Part shown: piece after piece, positions 39,434 through 51,440 of the stretch
Layout: each line of letters starts with the position of its first letter
Position numbering within the stretch: position 1 is the stretch's first letter
The notes under the pieces: model-generated
The model's input: only the letters and a program-made list of their open reading frames with translations
The model's database searches: none
Told to the model about the DNA's origin: nothing
Source: Stegostoma tigrinum
Lineage: Eukaryota
Direction: 5' to 3'
Assembly: GCF_030684315.1 (NCBI RefSeq)
Contig: NC_081354.1
Coordinates: 31,490,226-31,554,225 of the forward strand
DNA: 64,000 bases
Translations under genes and position numbers: made by a program

Positions 39434-42043
39434 CATAGAACATAGAACATAGAACAGTACAGCACAGAACAGGCCCTTCAGCCCACAATGTTGTGCCGAC
39501 CATTGATCCCCATGTATACACCCTCAAATTTCTGTGACCATATGCATGTCCAGCAGTCTCTTAAATGTACCCCAATGACCTTGCTTCCACAACTGCTGCT
39601 GGCAACGCATTCCATGCTCTCACAACTCTCTGTGTAAAGAACCCGCCTCTGGCATCCCCTCTATACTTTCCTCCAGCCAGCTTAAAACTATGACCCCTCG
39701 TGTTAGCCGTTTCTGCCCTGGAAAATAGTCTCTGGCTATCAACTCTATCTATGCCTCTCATTATCTTGTAGACCTCAATTAGGTCCCCTCTCCTCCTCCT
39801 TTTCTCCAATGAAAAAAGTCAAGCTCAGTCAACCTCTCTTCATAAGATAAGCCCTCCAGTCCAGGCAGCATCCTGGTAAACCTCCTCTGAACCCTCTCCA
39901 AAGCATCCACATCTTTCCTATAATAGGGCGCCCAGAACTGGACGCAGTATTCCAAGTGCGGTCTAACCAAAGTTTTATAGAGCTGCAACAAGATCTCACG
40001 ACTCTTAAACTCAATCCCCCTGCTAATGAAAGCCAAAACACCATATGCTTTCTTAACAACCCTGTCCACTTGGGTGGCCATTTTAAGGGATCTATGTATC
40101 TGCACACCAAGATCCCTCTGTTCCTCCACACTGCCAAGAATCCTATCCTTAATCCTGTACTCAGCTTTCAAATTCAACCTTCCAAAATGCATCACCTCGC
40201 ATTTATCCAGGTTGAACTCCATCTGCCACCTCTCAGCCCATCTCTGCATCCTGTCAATGTCCCGCTGCAGCCTACACCATCCCTCTATACTGTCAACGAC
40301 ACCTCCAACCTTTGTGTCGTCTGCAAACTTGCTGACCCAAACTTCAATCTCCTCATCCAAGTCATTAATAAAAATTACAAACAGTAGAGGGCCAAGGGCA
40401 GAGCCCTGTGGAACACCCACTCAACACTGACTTCCAGGCAGAATATTTTCCTTCTACTACCACTTGCTGCCTTCTGTTGGCCAGCCAATTCTGTATCCAG
40501 ACAGCTGAGTTCCCCTGTATCCCATTCCTCCTGACCTTCTAAATGAGCCTACCATGGGGAACCTTATCAAATGCGTTGCTTAAGTCCATATACACCACAT
40601 CCACAGCTCGACCCTCATCAACTTTTCTAGTCACATCCTCAAAGAACTCGATAAGGTTTGTGAGGCATGATCTGCCCCTCACAAAGCCGTGTTGATGCAT
40701 TTGATCAAGCCATGCTCTTCCAGATGGTCATAAATACTATCCCTCAGAATCCTTTTTAACACCTTGCAGACGACAGACGTGAGACTTACTGGTCTGTAAT
40801 TGCCGGGGATTTCCCTATTTCCTTTCTTGAAGAGAGGAATTACATTTGCCTCTCTCCAGTCCTCAGGCACGACTCCAGTGGAGAGCAAGGATGCAAAGAT
40901 CCTCTCAAGTGACGAAGCAATTGCATTTCTCGCTTCCCAAAGTAGCCGAGGACAAATCTCGTCCGGGCCTGGCGACTTGTCAATCTTAATGTTTGACAAA
41001 ATTTTCAGCACATCAGCTTCCTCTATCTCTATCCATTCCAGCATGCACACCTGCTCTTCAAAGGTTTCATTCACTACAAAGTTCATTTCTTTCGTAAAGA
41101 CAGAAGCAAAAAATTCATTTAGGGCTTCCCCTACCTCCTCAGACTCCACACACAAGTTCCCTATGCTATCCCTGATCAGCCCTACTCTTTCTTTGACCAT
41201 TCTCTTATTCCTCACGTAAGTGTAAAATGCCTTTGTGTTTTCCCTAATTCGTTCTGCCAAACCTTTCTCGTGCCCCCTCCTGGCTCTCCTCAGACCATTT
41301 TTGAGCTCCTTCCTTGCCTGCGTATAATCCTCTCTAGCTGAACTTGACCCTAGCTTCCTCCACCTTATGTAAGCTACCTTCTTCCTTTTCACAAGAAGCT
41401 CCACTGCTCTTGTCATCCAAGGTTCCTTTATCTTACCCCTTCGTGCCTGTCTCAGAGGGACATATTTACTCATCACTCGCAACAACTGTTCCTTAAACAG
41501 TATCCACATGTCTATAGTGCCTTTACCATGGAACAATTGCTCCCAGTCCATGCTTCCTAACTCATGTCTAATCGTGTCATAGTTTCCTCTTGCCCAATTA
41601 AATATCCTCCCATTTTGCCTAATCCTCTCCTTCTCCATAGCTATGTAGAATGTGAGGCAGTTATGGTCACTATCACCAAAATGCTCTCCCACCACAAGAT
41701 CTGATACCTGCCCCGGCTCGTTTCCGAGCACCAAGTCTAGAATGGCCTCTCCCCTCGTCGGCCTGTCAACGTACTGAATTAGGAAACCCTCTTGAACACA
41801 CCTTACAAAAACAGCTCCATTCAAATCTTCTGCTTGAAGGAGGTTCCAATCAATATTAGGAAAGTTAAAGTCACCCATTACAACAACCCTACTATGTCCA
41901 CACTTTTCCAAAATCTGTCGACCTATGCTTTCTTCAATCTCCCTGCTGCTATTGGGGGGCCTGTAGTAAACCCCCAATGAGGTGACTACTCCCTTGCTGT
42001 TCCTAATTTCCACCACACTGACTCGGTATGCAGATCTTCCTCG
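39434..42043 (-). mobile_element. Young CR1 LINE, partial APE endonuclease plus RT (frameshifted)
   Basis: ORFs 40679-42112 ([30 protein letters not shown]), 39779-40420 (GVPQGS, KFADDTK), 39561-39809; (CATAGAA)3 tail at 39434. Confidence 0.95.
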
Positions 42044-42114
42044 ACATGTTAAGGCTGGGAACACCGTGGTGTAATTATGTGGGCTGAGGAGACAGAATAA
42101 GCAATTGAGCATAC

Positions 42115-44399
42115 CAAGTATACTTTATGATACAAATCCCTTATTGTCTTACCTTTTTGTTGTAACTCCATCAGTCTTTCTAATCTGTACAACACTGCCC
42201 GATCCTTTGCCTGCTGAAGTTTTTACCTTACCATTTCATCAAACAGATTGTCAGCTAAATTGACTTGAATTCTTTCATCTTTCTCTTTTGCTTTCCCTTT
42301 TTGTTTTATTTATTGGCTGTGGGATCTTGTCACCATACAGTCCAGAAAAATTACAGGGTATTTTTCTTTCTCAGGAACTCCTCAGTTCCTCGATTTTTTT
42401 TCGGCTTCTGTGCTATAATGGGTCTCACTCCCACCTTTGATCCAGCTGTACTATTTCCAAGAAAAAACTGTATTTCTGGAAGAGCCACTCTTTCAGTAAC
42501 TCCCATTATCACTTTCCCAATCTTGAGTGGACTTGCTATTCTTATCTTACACAGAGGAATACTAATTGTCTCTCCACATATTCTACAGGTTGTCACTGTC
42601 TTGGGCAGTGTTTAGAAGGATTGCAAATATTTTCATTTCTTTCTATTTGACACTGACCAGGTCCCATATCTCTAAGTATGTTAACTTCTTTAACTACTCC
42701 CCTTGTTCTACCTGAGTAATACATACCAACATAGCTGAAGTCTTTGTAAAGAAGGAACACTATCTTACTTTCCAGCCAGTGACTAGGCTGTTCATTTTTC
42801 ATTGGCTCCTCAATTTCTCTTGGGATTTCCTTCACGATCTCAACTAATCCGATTGGTTTAGCTTCTTTCATCACATCCTTTTTCCAAGTGTGTCCCTTAA
42901 TTCACCAGCACAGTGGCTTTGTGTGTTCCAGCATATTACAGTGAAGAAAGCTGAGGTCTTTCATTTCTTTTCCACCCTCTTGGGTTTCATTTTACACCCA
43001 TGGTAGACTGTTCCCAGTGTTATCTATCTTTTGTTTTTCATTAAAGGATCTCCTGCTTTCCCAATTTCTATCCCTCATGGAATGAAATTGCTGTCCGAAG
43101 CTAGATTTCGATTAATGCACTAATGTGTATTCATCTGCCCTCTCTGCAGCTCTTCTCGCTGTTTTAACTTTCTGTTCCTCAGTATGAGTTCTCATCACTT
43201 CTGGAAGAGAGTTTTTAAAATTCTCCAGCAGAATAATATCTCTAAGATCCTCATATGTCTTTTCAATCTTTAATGCTCTCACCCATCTTTCGAAGTTGCT
43301 CTGTTTTATTCTTTTAAACTCGATATGAGTCTGACCCAGATTCTTTCTTGCATTTCTGAACCGTTGTCTGAATGTTTCTGGTACCAATTTGTAGGCATTC
43401 AGAATAGCCTGCTTTACTTCTTCATATTGTCCTGACAGCTCTGACAATGCTGCAAACACTTCATTAACCCTGCCTACTAACTTGGTCAGAATTAACATTA
43501 ACCACACTGTTTCCGGCCGGTTCATCTAGTTAGCTGATTTCTCAAAGGAAATGAAAAAGGCTTCTACATCTTTTTCATCAGATTTTGGAAATGTTTTGAT
43601 ATATTTATATATATCCCTACCAGGTCTTTGGCTACTATGGGTCTGCTCATCATCACCCTCCTCTTCAATAACCCTATCTTCCACTTTCAAGTCCATCATT
43701 TTAAGACGGCTATCCTGTCTAATTTGCAACTTCTGAAGTTCAAACTCTCTCTTTTCCTTTTTCATGTTCAAGCTGCTTCATCTTTTCCAACTTTAACTTT
43801 CTTTCCTTTTCATTCTGTTTTGCTTGTACCTGTAATTCAAACTGTTTCGGTTCCCTTTCTTTCTCTTCAGTACTGGTTCTTCTTTCTCTTTCTTTCCCTT
43901 TGTCCCCTAATTTCCACCTTTTAAGATCACTTTCTGACTCCACTAGTCTTATTTGCAATTTAATATTTTTCTAACTCTACTACACTTAACTGTTTCTCTG
44001 GTATACGTTAAATACTTAAATCCTTTACAATTTCAGCTTTCCTGTTGCCCCTAGTCCAATTTTAGCCTGTCTGCTAATTCTAAAAGTTTCTCCTTTTTCT
44101 GTCTTCTTAAAATTTCTTGGCTGATTTGGGAAACATCTTCAAATTCCAGAACCTCATTAGCAATATCAAGAGCTTTTCCGCCCACTTTTGATTTAACCAA
44201 TAACAAGCAAACGAAATGAAACAGATTTTCTACTTCTCTCTTAAGTTTTATTTAAAGATTAATTCCCAAGTCTGTTTAAATCTGATGGGACCTCTCATAC
44301 TTCAAATCTGTACAAATCTGCCTGAATCCATTCAGATTGGTTCAGGTCCATTAAGATCCTGGACACAGACTGGTCAGATTCAGACCTGAACCCCCAAAT
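42115..44399 (-). pseudogene. Gmr1-like Gypsy gag (SCAN-like capsid, zinc knuckle) and protease remnant
   Basis: FPKSDEKDVEAFFISFEK; YEEVKQAILNAYKLVPETFRQRFR; ILLENFKNSLP; ARRAAERADEY; decayed knuckle FLHCNMLEHTKPLCW near 42905-42950; protease-like ILRDMG. Confidence 0.85.
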
Positions 44400-45291
44400 T
44401 GAAATAAGGCGGAGGACACTGATAACTAAAACTGAAACAGCCAGAGAGGATTGCCTCATCCATAATCTGTTAAAGAAGAGTGAAAATTGGTATAACCTGC
44501 CTCTCCCCTCTACCTGTTATAAAGGTGTCGTTAAATGAAATGAACTCTTTTCACTCTCTCTATAATCAACATGCAACAATTTATTTATCTAAATCTAACA
44601 GTGAACAAGCTAACTAAACCATTAACAAACTGAACAATTCTCCAATAACCACTAACTATTCCAAAATTTTTAAAAAATTCTAATGGCATGTTGTTCCAAT
44701 AAATATGACTGCCACTTATATGAACCAAAATAATAAAGTAAGTAAATTAATTTCAGTCTCTTGAAATTAAAGTCATGATACATCTTCCAGAATGTTCTGT
44801 GCCATTTCTGCTGATCTTCAGTCAGGAATGTCTTCTTCTATTAAATTCTTGGGTCATGTGTATTAGCTAAGAGTGCCGCGGTACCTTTAATAGTTAGATG
44901 ATTCTTTGTCTAAAAGTTGAGAGAGCTACTCTCTTATCAGATGGCAGTTGGTTATCTTGCACTGATTTTCAAATGTCCTCTTCTTTTACACCCTTGATGA
45001 CATATCAATTTCTTACAATAGGATTGGTCCTATGTTGTCAAAGTCGTCAGATTTAAACTTAATTAGTTCTTAGTTTCTAAGAAGCTGGTTTAAATTAATT
45101 AGCTGTTATTCAAACAGGTTGCCTTGCTAATGAAACAAAACTGCTGCCTGGGTTGCTAACCATATAGCCTTTGATGCAAATGTTTCAATTTTAGGAGCTC
45201 TCTATGCACCTGCAACATATAAACTGCCCACAGACTTGTTTTTTGAATCTTTAAGCACAGAAAAAGCCCATCATCTTTTAAACGGACAACA
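44400..45291 (-). mobile_element. 5' LTR of the Gmr1-like element
   Basis: Minus strand TGTTGT...TTTCA followed 3 nt later by TGGGGGTTC (tRNA-Pro PBS-like), upstream of gag. Confidence 0.7.
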
Positions 45292-46610
45292 ACCCTTTTC
45301 CCAATCATTTTACAAACATCGAAATTTAATGTCCTGCCTTCTAATCCACAAGCATTCTCCCCAACTTTGCAACATATCACCTGTAAGCTTATGAACCATA
45401 CACCCTTCATTTACATCCAAATCATCTACATCAATTACAGAAAACAGCTCTTCAGTGACGCTCCTGGGTTGCACAGTGTGTATTGATGAACAAGTTGCTT
45501 TTCAATATGGCTGCCAGAATTTGGAGCCTGGAAGGTCCTTGTAGGGGCCGAACACCTTGCCCTCCTGTCCAATGATCCATGCACATAACTATGTGAGAAA
45601 TATTATCATATCTCCCCTGCCAAACGGACAATGAGAGGCGTCAGTGAAAAACAATTAGATAGAGCCTGGGTGACTTTACATTTTATTACTTTACATTGGA
45701 ATACACAAATACATGATAGCTCACTAATTAATCTAACTGATATCAGTTAACAATGCACAGGGTAAAGGGGTTGTGATTAATCACAAATTAAAATGGGCTT
45801 CCTGTCTGAAACTGGCATCAGTTGTAGGTATCTTTCAAAATAGTACATGTTTACTATCAATGTTAACAGGTCTGCGAGGCTACTGACCAACTATGAGGCC
45901 ATTACTACCTCATGAAGGCAAACATTAATGCCTGACTCCACACTTAGTCTCAAAAAAAGGCAAAATTGGGCTCTATCAGTGGATTGTATCTATTCCCTAG
46001 TAAGTATTGTTCATAATTTCCTTTGGCATCTTCTATACTACTCCCTTTCCTGGCTCCCTGTTATATGAAGGGGATTGATCTTCCTTGTCACCAACTATTG
46101 GAAAGAAAAAATGAAAGCTGTTGAAAGAAATTGTCATGTAACTGTGTGTTAACGAGGGCCAGTTGATGAAATCAATCAGATGCCCCATTACCTCTCTCAG
46201 CTGCCATTATTGTTGCATTTTTTTTGGTGTGTAGTTTAAAATCTGCCCCCTGTATTCTCTTAAGTCTGGCCTTTGTGCTATATTTCCACCTCTGGAATTC
46301 TGTACCAATCCCCTCACTAGTTTTATGTTCATTGTGCTCCCTGTAGATTTCAATGGATAGAAACAAAGTGACAATGCAAGGAGACTAAAGCTATATGCCT
46401 GTATCTTTATGTATGAGCTGGAATAGATTCTGAGGCAGAAGTTTCAAATTATGGAATAGACAGCAGAGAAAATTGGAAAGTTAATTTTTCATGCAAAAGG
46501 TTCCCTTTGTACTATTTTGAAAGATACCTACAGCTGATGCCAGAAGGTTCCCTTCTCCAGACCACCCTATACTATCTAAATTTAAGGAACATTAACCAAG
46601 TAACTGTTTT

Positions 46611-46824
46611 AGTGATAATGGGAACTGCAGATGCTGGAGAATCCGAGATAATAAAATGTGAGGCTGGATGAACACAGCAGGCCCAGCAGCATTACAGGAG
46701 CACAAAAGCTGACGTTTCGGGCCTAGACGCTTCATCAGTTGAAGGGTCTAGGCCCGAAACGTCAGCTTTTGTGCTCCTGAGATGCTGCTGGGCCTGCTAT
46801 GTTCATCCAGCATCACATTTTATT
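46611..46824. mobile_element. Non-coding hairpin PLE derivative (85-bp arms, 5-nt loop) with hammerhead core on minus strand
   Basis: Arms 46650-46734 and 46740-46824; tail 46611-46649; TSD attaaccaag(t/a)aactgtt at 46591-46608 and 46822-46839; core at 46711-46738 (-). Confidence 0.9.
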
Positions 46825-47159
46825 AACCAAGAAACTGTTATTGTGCTGATCAATGTTATAAATACCTCATTAATATTAATTCATATAGATTTCCGTTTTC
46901 TCAACAGAAACAAGCTTGAAAAAGGATATTTCCAACTTATTGAGCACAGCTGTAATTCCAGCTTCAGATTCATTTTACTTTCTGAGTTAATATATTTTTC
47001 TCCTAATATTTATTGAATGCTTAGGTACAATTTAAATATCAAAATGGGCTTCATAGAGACTTGGTTACAATAGCTGTGAGAACAGTTGTACAAATGCATT
47101 GAGATTGTTCTTGATTGTATTTCAGGAATATTAAAAAAAGCAATTCTCTGAAATGTCAA

Positions 47160-47272
47160 CTCAGAGATAGTAAGAACTGCAGATGCAGATGCAGGTCCTG
47201 ACCCGAAACATCAACTTTCCTGCTCCTCGGATGCTGCCTGGCCTGCTGTGATCCTCCAGCTTCACACTGTTA
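47160..47272. mobile_element. Minimal inverted PLE insertion (minus-strand tail joined to plus-strand terminus)
   Basis: cagagatagtaagaactgcagatgc then ggtcctgacccGAAAcatc..tgtta; 15-bp TSD TCTCTGAAATGTCAA (47145-47159, 47273-47287). Confidence 0.8.
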
Positions 47273-48181
47273 TCTCTGAAATGTCAATGTTGTTTTATTC
47301 AGCACCAAACAGTGTGAAAGACTACTCCATTTCTTATCATCAACAGTAAGTTGATTCTGTAAAAATAGGCGCTTTCCAGAACTACCATCTTCCCTTTCCG
47401 TGTGTAGCTGCAACAATTTTTTTAAAAATGAATAAATATTTATGGCTATGATGAATGAAAATTCTTACAGTGGAGCTCAGATTAGTAAACAAAATCTGAT
47501 TGATAAATAGTCTGTAATGCATAGTTCTGTCAGTGAATCACAAGACAGTAATTAAATTGAGGGACTTCAGTGACCTAATAAACCATAAAAGCAAAGCTCA
47601 AGTGGTTTTACATTTATCAACAAGACTCACAGCATTGGCTTCTGATATAATTAACTAAAAACCATTGAGCATTTGTTTAGGCTATTTCAAAGGCAGTAAT
47701 TGTTTGATATTTTATAAATGTTTGTTCTACATTCATAAAATAATCAAAAAGAAGCAATTAGAAGTCACTGCATAACCTAACAGATCATCCATTAATCAGA
47801 CCAATTATGCATCAACAACTATACACTACAGATGTTTAAATAAATGGGAAAAACAAAAAATATGGTTCATGTAGGAGTGAGAGCTATCAAACTAGGATAG
47901 TCTAACTTATTTCTTTGTATTACACTATATTTTCAGCTAGGGATGACATACAGGTCAGTATTCACTTGTTCCAGAAAACACAAAAGGAATTTCATGAAGA
48001 CTAATCACCAGAAGAACTCTGTTTAATTTGAACGGAAAATCAAGTCATGGATAGTGAACCTCCGAAAGCATTTACGTCTGAGATTTGCATGTGATCAGTG
48101 AAGTTGTGAAGCTTTGGAGCTTTTGTAAATCAGGTTGTGTGAAATCCAGAATCCTGGATTGCTTCCTGTTACACAGACATA

Positions 48182-48184
48182 GTG

Positions 48185-48266
<82 letters not shown>
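48182..48266 (+). repeat. Compound microsatellite (GT)n(AG)n
   Basis: GT repeat 48182-48220 directly followed by AG repeat 48221-48266. Confidence 0.98.
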
Positions 48267-48269
<3 letters not shown>

Positions 48270-48871
48270 GAGGGAGAAATAATTTGAAACAGGGTGTGTT
48301 CAAGCTACAAGATAATTGTCCTGTTGACAAAATTGTGCCCTTGCTATCTTTTCATATAGAATGAAATTGTCTCAAATAATGGCGACGATGGCACAAAATA
48401 GTCAATTTGAATACTCTAACAATGCCGAGCTTTTCATTTTTGTGATCGTCGACGGAGAAATTCATAATATTATAACACATAGATTCTACATGTGTTTCTT
48501 TTCGGCTGCTTTCAACCAGTAATCTGATTTTGTCTTGCGAAGTCTGGCATTACTGGTGCAGCAATGGCTTCAAACTAGGCTAGTAACCTGACCACCCTGT
48601 TAACATTAACAGTACATAAGTACCAGATTAAAGATGCCTTACCTTTCACTGGCTTAGCACATTCTGGTTTCAGGCAAGAGACCCATTTGAAGGTACAAAT
48701 CAGGGTAGACGGTCAATCTCACCCTGCTGCTCTGTGCTTTGTTAGATAATTGAGACATTTGAAGACCTGTAATTTAGCATCACTGTACAAAGAAATCGCC
48801 AATTCCTTTTTACTGACATATTTGATGGTAGGAATAAAGTTTTGCAGGGAATAGGGATTGAGTGCAGAATT

Positions 48872-49045
48872 CTTAGCATGGCCAATCCATATAACTTGCA
48901 CATCTTTGGACTGAAACCATAGAAAAACCCACCCAGACACTGGAAGAGTGCACAAACTCCACACAGACTGTTGCCTGAGGCTGGAATTGAACCCCAGTCC
49001 CCAGCACTATGGGGTAGAAGTGCTAACCACTGAGCCACTGTGCCT
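48872..49045 (-). mobile_element. HE1/V-SINE-like SINE, 5' half
   Basis: Reverse complement ggcacagtggctcagtggttagcac (A box) and gggttcaattcc (B box). Confidence 0.75.
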
Positions 49046-50480
49046 TCAATGCTTTGTGTCTGTACTGGCTCTGAAAAGAGCTACCCATCTCATCTTATTC
49101 TCCAGCTTTATCTCTGTAGCCGTCTAAATTCATAAACTTTCAAATATATATTCAGCTCTTTTCTATACCCGCCCATGGAATCCACCTCCACCACTCTCCC
49201 AGGCAGCGCATTCCAAATCCCAACAATTCTCGGAGTAAAGAAATGTCTGTTCATCTAACTCCTATCTCTGTTGCTGACAATCTTGAAATTGTGACCCCTA
49301 GTTACTGATATACCAACTAGTGTAAACAGAATATCCTTCTTTACCTAGTCAAAATTGTTCATAATTTTGAACACTTCAATAAGGTCACCTCTTAATCATC
49401 TCTGCTCCAAGGAGGAATAGCTCAATTTCTCTAATCCTTCTTTGTATCTAAAATCCCTCATTCCTAAATCTTTCTATTAAATCTCCTTTGCATTCTCTCC
49501 AGGGATCTCACATCCTTCTATAAGTGAAATGCCCAGAACTGAACATTCCATGTAGTCTGACTAATGATTTGTAGAGGTGTGGCATCATACATTGCTTATC
49601 TTTATACTCTATGCCTCTACGTATAAATCCAAGGGTTATACAATCTATCTTAACAACAGGTTTACCTTGCCAGGCTACTTTCAAAGAATTTTGCAATGAA
49701 CCCTGACATCCCACTGCTACTGAATGCCCCTCAAAATTGTACCACTGAGCCAGTATTGTGTCCTCGTGTACTTGTGTTCTTCTAACAAAATGCATTTCCT
49801 CACATTTCTCTGCATTGAAGTTTATCGGCCAGGTGTCTGCTTATATGGCCAACTTGTCAATGACTCTCTGAAATCACTTTGCATCATCCTCACAATTCAT
49901 TATTCTCACTAGCTTCAAATGATATGCAAATTTATATATTTTACACTCACCACCCATCTCCAAATCATTTATATAAATCAGAAAAAGCAAAAGTCCCAAT
50001 ACCGACCCCTGAAGAATACTACATTTCAATAACTTGAGAAATGCCCGCCTGTACCTATTGTCTTTCCCTGTATTTTAGCCAACTTCTTATCCATGCTGCC
50101 AAAGACCCATGGTTCTAATTCTAATTTGCTGACCAACCTGCCAAGTACCACCGTATAAAACACTTTCTGAAACTCCAAATATGCAATTTCCACAATACTG
50201 CCCTCATCCACTTTTTGTGTCACCTTATGAGAGAATTCCATTAAATTTGTCAGCTTTGACCTACCCTTGACAAAGCCATGATCACTTTCTTGTACTAACT
50301 TGTTTTTCTTGAGTGTATCTTTACCTTATTCTCTTTAATGGTCTCTATCAGCTTTTCCTACTATTGATGTTAAGACAACAGGTATTTTAGTTTTCTGGGT
50401 TGCCCTTTGATAAACAACAACATCACATTTGCAATCTTCCAGTCCCCCAGGACTAATCCTGTGTTCAGAGAGGCCTGGAA
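49046..50480 (-). mobile_element. Old CR1 RT and 3' fragment
   Basis: Minus ORFs with EFSHKVTQKVDEG..EFQKVF and LGFIRRGIEYK..LYKSLVR. Confidence 0.85.
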
Positions 50481-50705
50481 TTTTTTTTATCAATTTGCTC
50501 CCTTACCTCTCTCAGCAATCAGAGATACATCCCTTCCAGGCTTGGAGTGCTGCCAGCCATTTTAGCATTTCTTCTTTATCTATATTGCTCACTTGCTCAA
50601 CATTGAACATTGATCAACATCCACACTCTCAACTAAGCCAGTATCTTAGAAGATTCCTTAAATGAGGCAATTTGGATAGAACTTAAACACAAAAAAGGGG
50701 CTTTC

Positions 50706-51440
50706 AGGTTGGTTGGCTCACCGAGCTGGCTTGTTGTTCCACAGAAGTTTCGTTACCGTGCTTGGTAACATCCTCGGTGCAGCTTCTGATGAAGCGTCAG
50801 TGTGTTTTCCCATCTGGTTTTTAAACGCTGGGGTCCATTGCGATGGATTGCCTCACTTCCGGGTTTCCTCCTTAGTGGAATGTATATGGGGTCCAGTTCA
50901 ATGTCTGTATTAATAACCTGCTTCGTGGAATGCTATGCTTCCGGGAATTCTCGTGTTTGTCTCTGCCTAGCCTGTCCTAGGATCTTGGTGTTGCCCCAGT
51001 CGAAGTCATGGTTCTCTTTGTCCATGTGGATTGTGATGAGTTAATATTGGTGGGCCAATACTCACTCATCTCAATCCACATGGACAAGGAGAACCACGAC
51101 TTCGACTGGGACAACACCAAGATCCTGGGACAGGCTAGGCAGAGACAAACACGAGAATTCCTGGAAGCATAGCATTCCACGAAGCAGGCTATTAATAAAG
51201 ACATTGAGCTCGACCCCATATACATTCCACGACAGAGGAAGCCTCGAAGTGAGGCAATCCATCGCAATGAACCCCAGCACTTAAAAACCAGGCAGGAAAA
51301 TACACCGACGCTTCATCAGAGACTGCACTGAGGATGTTACCAAGCATGGTAACAAAACATTTACGGAACTACAAACCTGCTCAGTGAGCAAACCAACCTC
51401 AACACCCACAACCCGAGCTACAGATCTACTCTAAAACTTT
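50706..51440. mobile_element. Penelope/Poseidon-like PLE with inverted arms (336 bp)
   Basis: Arms 50706-51041 and 51064-51399; right arm encodes HDFDWDNTKILGQARQRQTREFLEA*HS..INKDIELDPIY; tail 51400-51440; TSD aaagggg(ct/ta)ttca at 50694-50706 and 51441-51453. Confidence 0.9.
51324..51364 (+). ncRNA. Hammerhead ribozyme motif (decayed); mirror copy at 50740-50781 (-)
   Basis: CTGAGGA-t-GTTACC-aagcat-GGTAAC-aaaa; the left arm keeps GAAAC-TTC but has CCGAGGA, so the consensus of both arms is a full core. Confidence 0.6.

Noticed and set aside
48085-48364. ORFs with CVCV/ERER runs
   Set aside because: Translation of the (GT)n(AG)n microsatellite
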